Shown here: piece after piece, positions 13,424-64,000 of the stretch | Layout of the letters: each line of letters opens with the position of its first letter | How positions within the stretch are numbered: position 1 is the stretch's first letter | From: Chrysomallon squamiferum | Lineage: Eukaryota > Animalia > Mollusca | Assembly: GCA_012295275.1 (NCBI GenBank) | Contig: CM022672.1 | Coordinates: 26,536,001-26,600,000 of the forward strand | DNA: 64,000 nt | Direction of reading: 5' to 3' | Translations under genes and position numbers: made by a program | Notes under the pieces: generated by a model | Told to the model about the DNA's origin: nothing | Database searches by the model: none | The model's input: the letters and a program-made list of their open reading frames with translations, nothing else

Positions 13424-14143
13424 TTAATTTTTTTTCCTTCCTTTTTTTTTTTTTCTTCTATTTTTTTTTTCTTTTTTTTTTTTTGTACTTTTGCGAACGA
13501 AGTAACAATTTGAACAATTCAGCAAACGGGTCGTCCCAAGTTGAAACGAGCACAACGATCAAACCTTACGTCAGATGAAAACTAGACAAGCGGTAATCAT
13601 TTGTAATGTAATTTCTCTAACAACATTATCTTTGTTCTGAATCAAGACTTCCCGACGATCAAAGAGAAAGAAACATGACGTAAATATTTTCACTTGTATT
13701 TTTTAAACAAATCAATCAGTCAGTCAATCAGTCGATCTATCCATCCATCCATCCATCCATCTAGCCAGTCTGTCTATCTGTCTGTATTTGCTGTTATATA
13801 TATATACACACACACAGGTATTTGCTGTTTGATTCTGACCCCTCTTCTCCTTCTGTTCCCCTCCTCCATCCTCTTTTTTCTTTCGTTATTAGAAAAGCTC
13901 TACAGCACTCAAAAGCTGTTGTACAGTTCACTTGGCTGAAGCTGAATTATCCATAATTTAATTGTGTTACTGAGTCGAAAACTTCAGTTACGAAGCAACG
14001 AAGACACAAACACAAATTAGATATAAATAAATAAATATGAATGAATGAATGAAAGAATGAACGAATAGAGGAATAAATAGGTGAATAAATAAATATGAAT
14101 GAATGAATGAATGAACGAATAGATGAATAAATTGATGAATGAA

Positions 14144-14178
<35 letters not shown>

Positions 14179-14663
14179 AAACTGAAAACCTCTGGAGAAC
14201 CATTTCTCGTTCACATCATTCATCTTTCTTTCTTATTCATCTCTTTCTACCTTTGTCTGTCACTCTCGCTGTTTTTCTCTCTCTCTCTCTCTGTTCGTCT
14301 GTTTTTTTCTTCACGCCATATATATTCACCTACATCGAGTCAGAGAAAGCTTAGGCTTATTACAAGGAATACGAGAATAACATCGAAAATATTACTTGTA
14401 TAATTAATGCTAACATTTGGATTTTATCTTCGGTTATCTGCATTAATCATCATGTTACTGTTAACTGAGACCGAATGCAACTCTCAGGAGAAAAGATTAG
14501 TGGTCTGAAAAATCAGATATTTTATTGATGCTGGCTTGTGTAATTAAATAACCCAAAATACTAATGACGTCGTCAAAGACGTTTTGTCCACAGTTTCATA
14601 GGCGTATTAAGCTGTTGATGTTTTATATCATAATTTAATTAGAATACTGATCATAACCATGTC

Positions 14664-14735
<72 letters not shown>

Positions 14736-14919
14736 TTGTGTGTATGTGTGCGTGTGTGTGTATTTGTGTGTGTATGTGTGTCTGTATATGTATATATATG
14801 TATGTATATATGTGTATATTTGTAATTAATTTAGACATATTATTTAATTTTGGTACACAATTTTCTGTTTAAATGTTTCTGGATACAGTGAAATTGTGAG
14901 TCAAAAAAACCGTCTGTGT

Positions 14920-15425
14920 CTGAACTTACTGTCTGAATTTGTAGTCTACATGTATCTGATTTTACTGTCTAAACGTTTCTGTATTTAGAGTCTAAATTTA
15001 TTGATTTAATCTGTCTAAATTCACCATATAAATGACTCATTTTATTGTTTGAATATATCGGATTTTGTTCTTTATGTTTATCTGAATATTTCTGAATAAA
15101 CTGTGAAAATGGGTATCATTGTCTGAGTTAACTTATTTACTCTCTAAATATGTGTCTAAGCTGTCTAAACGTGACTGAATTTACTGAATAAATACGTCTA
15201 AATATACTGTCTAAATATATATCAGTATACTGTCCAAATACGTTTTTATTTATTGTCTAAATATGAATATACTGTTTAAATATGTCTGAATATACTGTCT
15301 AAATAAGTCTGAAGATAGCCTAAATATGTCTGAATACACTGTCTAAATAAGACTGAATACACTGTCTAAACAAGTCTGAATGTACTGTGTAACTAGGACT
15401 TAATGTACTGTCAATACGTGACTGA
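14920..15425. repeat. Degenerate satellite built on ACTGTCTAAATA/TCTGAATAT subunits
   Basis: Many dispersed copies of CTGTCTAAA and TCTGAAT. Confidence 0.7.
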
Positions 15426-16776
15426 AAAGCATTTAAATGCAGGGTATTAAACAGATACTCACTAGATCACTATCACACGCACTCGTCTACTGCCGCTTTG
15501 TAAGCCTGGGACTGCTTAGCATAGTGACATTTCTCACCGCCCGTCAAATGAGATTATCTCTCACCGCCCGTCAAATGAGATTATCTCTGCCCATTACTAC
15601 CTACGGTTTCTCTGCGAGAGATGTGACGTATCTGCGACTTGCTAATCCACAAGCCTTAGCAATGCTGTTACAAAGATGTAGAGATTACAGATGATGAATC
15701 AATAAATATTTGTCTTACGATATTTTTTTAAATCGAGATTGTATATACGTGTGTTTGTATGTATGTGTCTGTATATGTACATATATCTATATTATATATA
15801 TCTGTATATCTATATGTCTATATTTATCTCTCTCTCTCTCTCATATAGACATTTAGATATATAGATATAAAAATATTTCATACTTTAGTTGTTTGTGTTA
15901 TTATCATTATTATTGTTGTTATTATTATTTGGATAGTTCTATTTTGAAAACGTATATTAATTATCATTTACCGACTGTTTAATTTTAAAACTAACTGTAA
16001 AAAAGGGTTCAGTTCTCAAAATATACGTCTATATTTCTGTCAAACGGTCTGTCTGTCAGTTAAAGACACGAACGTACGTTCCTAATTACATCAGTGTGTA
16101 AATATTGTGTGTATAATGTACACATGCATTTGTACATACTTTAAAGATGTGTGTAAATATTCTGATATTTACTACCTACTATCTGACTATCTGTCTAAAC
16201 ACACATACATACATATATACAAATCTAAGCAGAAGCAAATAACAACAACAACAACAACAACGACAACAACGACTATGACGACAACAACAACAACAGTAAA
16301 AATAATAATATAACCACAAGCCACTAATATATTTTTTTAAAAACCAAATTGTTCCTGTTTTGCGTCATAGGTTTTTCAATTGAACACGGAGAAAGAAAAA
16401 TTCCAACTGCTAAAATCGATCAGTAGTTTTTGTCACATCTGTGGGAGTTTTTTTAAAACAAAATTTATCTGGCTTCTACCATTTAACTACCATTTTAGGA
16501 TTTGCCCCAGAAAGGTTTTTCCATTATCGTATTTTGCATGTCACTATCGTTCGTTTAATAACATGAATTGAAAATATCGCTAGCGTTATTCATCAACAGT
16601 GTGATAAAAAAATTACAAAAATTACACAAATTAAAAAAATTAAATAATTTTAAAAATTAAAATTAAAAAATAAACCCGATAGATAGTACGGCTGTTATAA
16701 AATACGTTCTGTATCTTTATGTAGGTATGTTTGTGTAAGATATGCACATATATTTTCTACGTATATGTATATATAT

Positions 16777-16778
<2 letters not shown>

Positions 16779-16867
<89 letters not shown>

Positions 16868-16936
16868 CGTGTGTGTGTGTGTGAGTGTGTGTGTGTGTGA
16901 GTGTGTGCGTGTGTGCGTGTGTGTGTGTGTGTGTGT
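16779..16936. repeat. (GT)n microsatellite
   Basis: Dinucleotide run with few interruptions. Confidence 0.97.
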
Positions 16937-17864
16937 GGAAGCGCGCATGTGAGTTTTTTCATGCCGATGTATGAGAATTAATTTCACAATTTGGGAAGAT
17001 CAAGATCGGAAATGTGAAAATTTCCAGTGTTTTTTTTTTTTTCCCCTTCAGAATGTTCTGTATTATTCCGTTTATGAAAACTGTTTTCGATCTCTGTTTC
17101 TTTCAGAATCTTTTTCTTTCTTTCGCTCATTCATTCTTACATCAACTCATGACAGAAAACATCCATTAATTATTTTATTTGCCTGTCCCGGAAAGCTCGA
17201 AATACCATTATCTGCTTACATGAATATCCAGAGCTATCGACAAAACTAATTCAACTAAGACATTCGTTTCATATTTGTAAACGAACCGCATGCAAATGTC
17301 ATCATCTTCAATATTCTCTGTACATGATTTTTTTTTTTTTTTTTTTTTCAGGGTAAACCAGTACCCTAGAATTTCTGATTGTATCACTCATTATACAACG
17401 CTATATTTAGTTATGCTGAAAGAAATTAATAACGTAAACTTTCCAAAGGCTCTCTAATATTAGTACTTTTATTTTTAATATCATTTATGCTGCGATATGT
17501 TCTATGACAAAACGTTTCCGTAGCGGTTTTGATGGATTAAAGACATGTGCTTTCTTGGTTCATGCACGGTTAATTCAGGATCGATGCTCATCAGTGGAAA
17601 AGATTATTTTTCCCGTTGTAACAAGTGCTCCAGTTCTGGTATATAAAATGTCATGCTGTTTACGGTTCCGCCTTTGTGAAGGTATATAAAATAAAATCAT
17701 GGAGGTGTATTTTGTTCTGTTTGAAGGGGTGTGCTGTGTATTTAACGAAATAGATAAAAAAAGTTAGAAAAAATCGTTAATCGTTTATTTATTTTAAAAA
17801 AAAAGAAAAAAAAAAAAACAACAAAAAAAAAAAAACAACCTTAAAACAACAACAACAACAACAA

Positions 17865-17911
<47 letters not shown>

Positions 17912-19008
17912 ATTGCAGAATTTAACAATGATAAACCTGAACTATTTTAATATAAAAATTGGAAAGATAATTACAACAATAACAATGATAAATAATTAAA
18001 ACAAAAATAAAAGGAATTTTAACGAAGAAAAAAATCCAGGAACAACGACAACAACAACAGCACCACTAACTACAATAACAGCAATACCAACAATAATGAC
18101 TACAAACCCTTATACACATTTTAGAATTAAATATACATGCATATTGTGGTAGATCAATACTGTTAACACTGGCAGTATTTTGTTTCAAAGCTCTTTAAAT
18201 GTTCTATTTTATTATTGCCTGCGAAGAGGATAAAATATCGACGAACAAAAAAGCAATAGAATTAAACGTTTACAATGCGGCTATGAATAATAGATACAGT
18301 TTAATACGCGTTTGTAAGCGGCGTTTGATGTTATAATATATAGATATAAGCAAAAATGTAAATAAAAATATAGGAGAATACAAATAAAACAATTTAATAA
18401 AGTAAATAATACAAGAAAAATATCGAAAGAAAAAGGGGATAAAAATTGTTAAAAAATATTAATATTAGAAAAAAGAAAGAAAGATAAGAATGTTATATTT
18501 TACACGTACATGCACGTACAGGGTCAGGCACACGCACACGCACACACACAAATAAATCAGTACGTTTTGTAAACTGTCAACAGGTGGTTGGTTACTTGTG
18601 TAATATTTAGCAAAATTCTGTATAAATAAAATCTTTAAAGAAACAAAAAAAAAATGTCACCACAATTTTTACAAAAGCAAACAGAACAAGACAAAACTTG
18701 AAGTTTCTGTTTTTATTGTTTAATTATTCATGTAGAGCGAGAAAACAATTCTGCCAGCGGAGTTGACATAAAAAAAACAAATGTTCATTAGTTTTTTGTT
18801 TTTTTGGGTCTGTTGTGTTTTCGGTGTTGCCCAAAGATATTTGTACGACTCTTGTAACACTAGCACGTCAATGAGTCGTCGAGATGTTGATAAATAATAT
18901 TTACTTTGGTGTACTTTAGCGTTTACGCTTTTTCTGCATGCGTAAATCCAGCATTTTGAAAATCTCTTTGTTACTGGTATTTTTGAATAATATATTAATT
19001 AAATAAGT

Positions 19009-19435
19009 ATGTGTGTGTGTGTGTGTGTGTGTGTTTTGTGTGTTTGTGTGTGTATATGTGTGTGTGTGTGTGTGGTATATGTATGTTCGTATGTGTATGT
19101 ATTATGTATATATGTACATGTATTCTTACATATGTATCTATTAATGCATGTATATTTGTGTGTGTGTGTGTCTGTATGTATATATATCTGTTTCTATGTA
19201 TACATCTGAGTATAAGAGTATGTACGTGTATATATATGTACATGTATGTATGTATGTATGCATGTATTATGTATGTATGTATATATGTATTTATATATGT
19301 ATTTTTGTATATATGTATGTATGTATATATGTATGTATGTATTTTTGTATGTATGTATGTATGTATGTATATATGTATGTATGTATTTTTGTATGTATGT
19401 ATGTATGTATTATGTATTATGTACGTACATACATG
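19009..19435. repeat. (TG)n/(TATG)n compound simple repeat
   Basis: Low-complexity tract; source of the spurious CVYM ORFs. Confidence 0.92.
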
Positions 19436-19491
19436 CTGTTTTTATGTGACTGTGTATTAGATTTCTATAAAAGATTTGTTCTGTGTTTCAG

Positions 19492-63631
<44,140 letters not shown>

Positions 63632-63636
63632 GTAAC

Positions 63637-63672
<36 letters not shown>

Positions 63673-64000
63673 GGCTTTGGTATACACTATTCCAACAATT
63701 TTTTTTTTTTTTTTTATTAATAATCACAGTTTCACTTTTGGTATTTACACTAAGCACTTTGAAATATTTTAGCAATAACATTACTGTTATTTCTTTTCAC
63801 AACGTCTTTATACAAACCTTCCAAATTTAATTTCTCAATACTTCACTCACTTGATTTTCTGTCATTTATCAACAACACGGTTTGTTATTGTTATTTTGGT
63901 TTTCTTTTAAGAAAAATCGTTATTATTTTAATAGAAATCAGTATTAATAATTTTATTAATAATAATCAGTATTGAAGACATATTATTTTATCACAATTGT

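Noticed and set aside
15532-15588. 27-bp perfect tandem duplication inside ORF 15437-15694
   Set aside because: Simple local duplication; the ORF has no other coding evidence.

Overview
AT-rich, microsatellite-dense eukaryotic (animal) genomic DNA. The decayed tRNA-derived SINEs look like gastropod-mollusc families, which is an inference from remembered consensus sequences. Almost all ORFs in the supplied track are artefacts of simple repeats. The window is dominated by one + strand spliced gene. I assembled 25 GT-AG exons by hand (19492..63631, 2413 nt, about 804 codons), with consistent intron phases and no internal stop. They encode a five-transmembrane glycoprotein with two large extracellular loops and prominin (CD133) family motifs: ..IQ..FPY, YFNNT, DLD.IG, DF.KLPDV, GGANLEKAACQP, C..N..AY..L, C.PL..AYD.....C, N.LW. 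Two further upstream micro-exon candidates (6427..6454, 10177..10218) would supply a signal-peptide-like N-terminus. The start codon is unresolved, and the 3' end may lie beyond the window. The protein is a divergent prominin: it lacks the usual cytoplasmic Cys cluster after TM1, has an acidic tail after TM5, and carries a four-Cys CIGCDGACTGC motif in the first large loop. The introns and flank hold two TA-flanked pogo/Tigger-like MITEs, two smaller TIR elements, several SINE relics, a possible LINE relic, a 42-bp minisatellite, a ~215-bp foldback, RFX X-box matches and several CpG-rich islands. I found no prokaryotic-type system (CRISPR, operon) and no intact transposase or reverse transcriptase.
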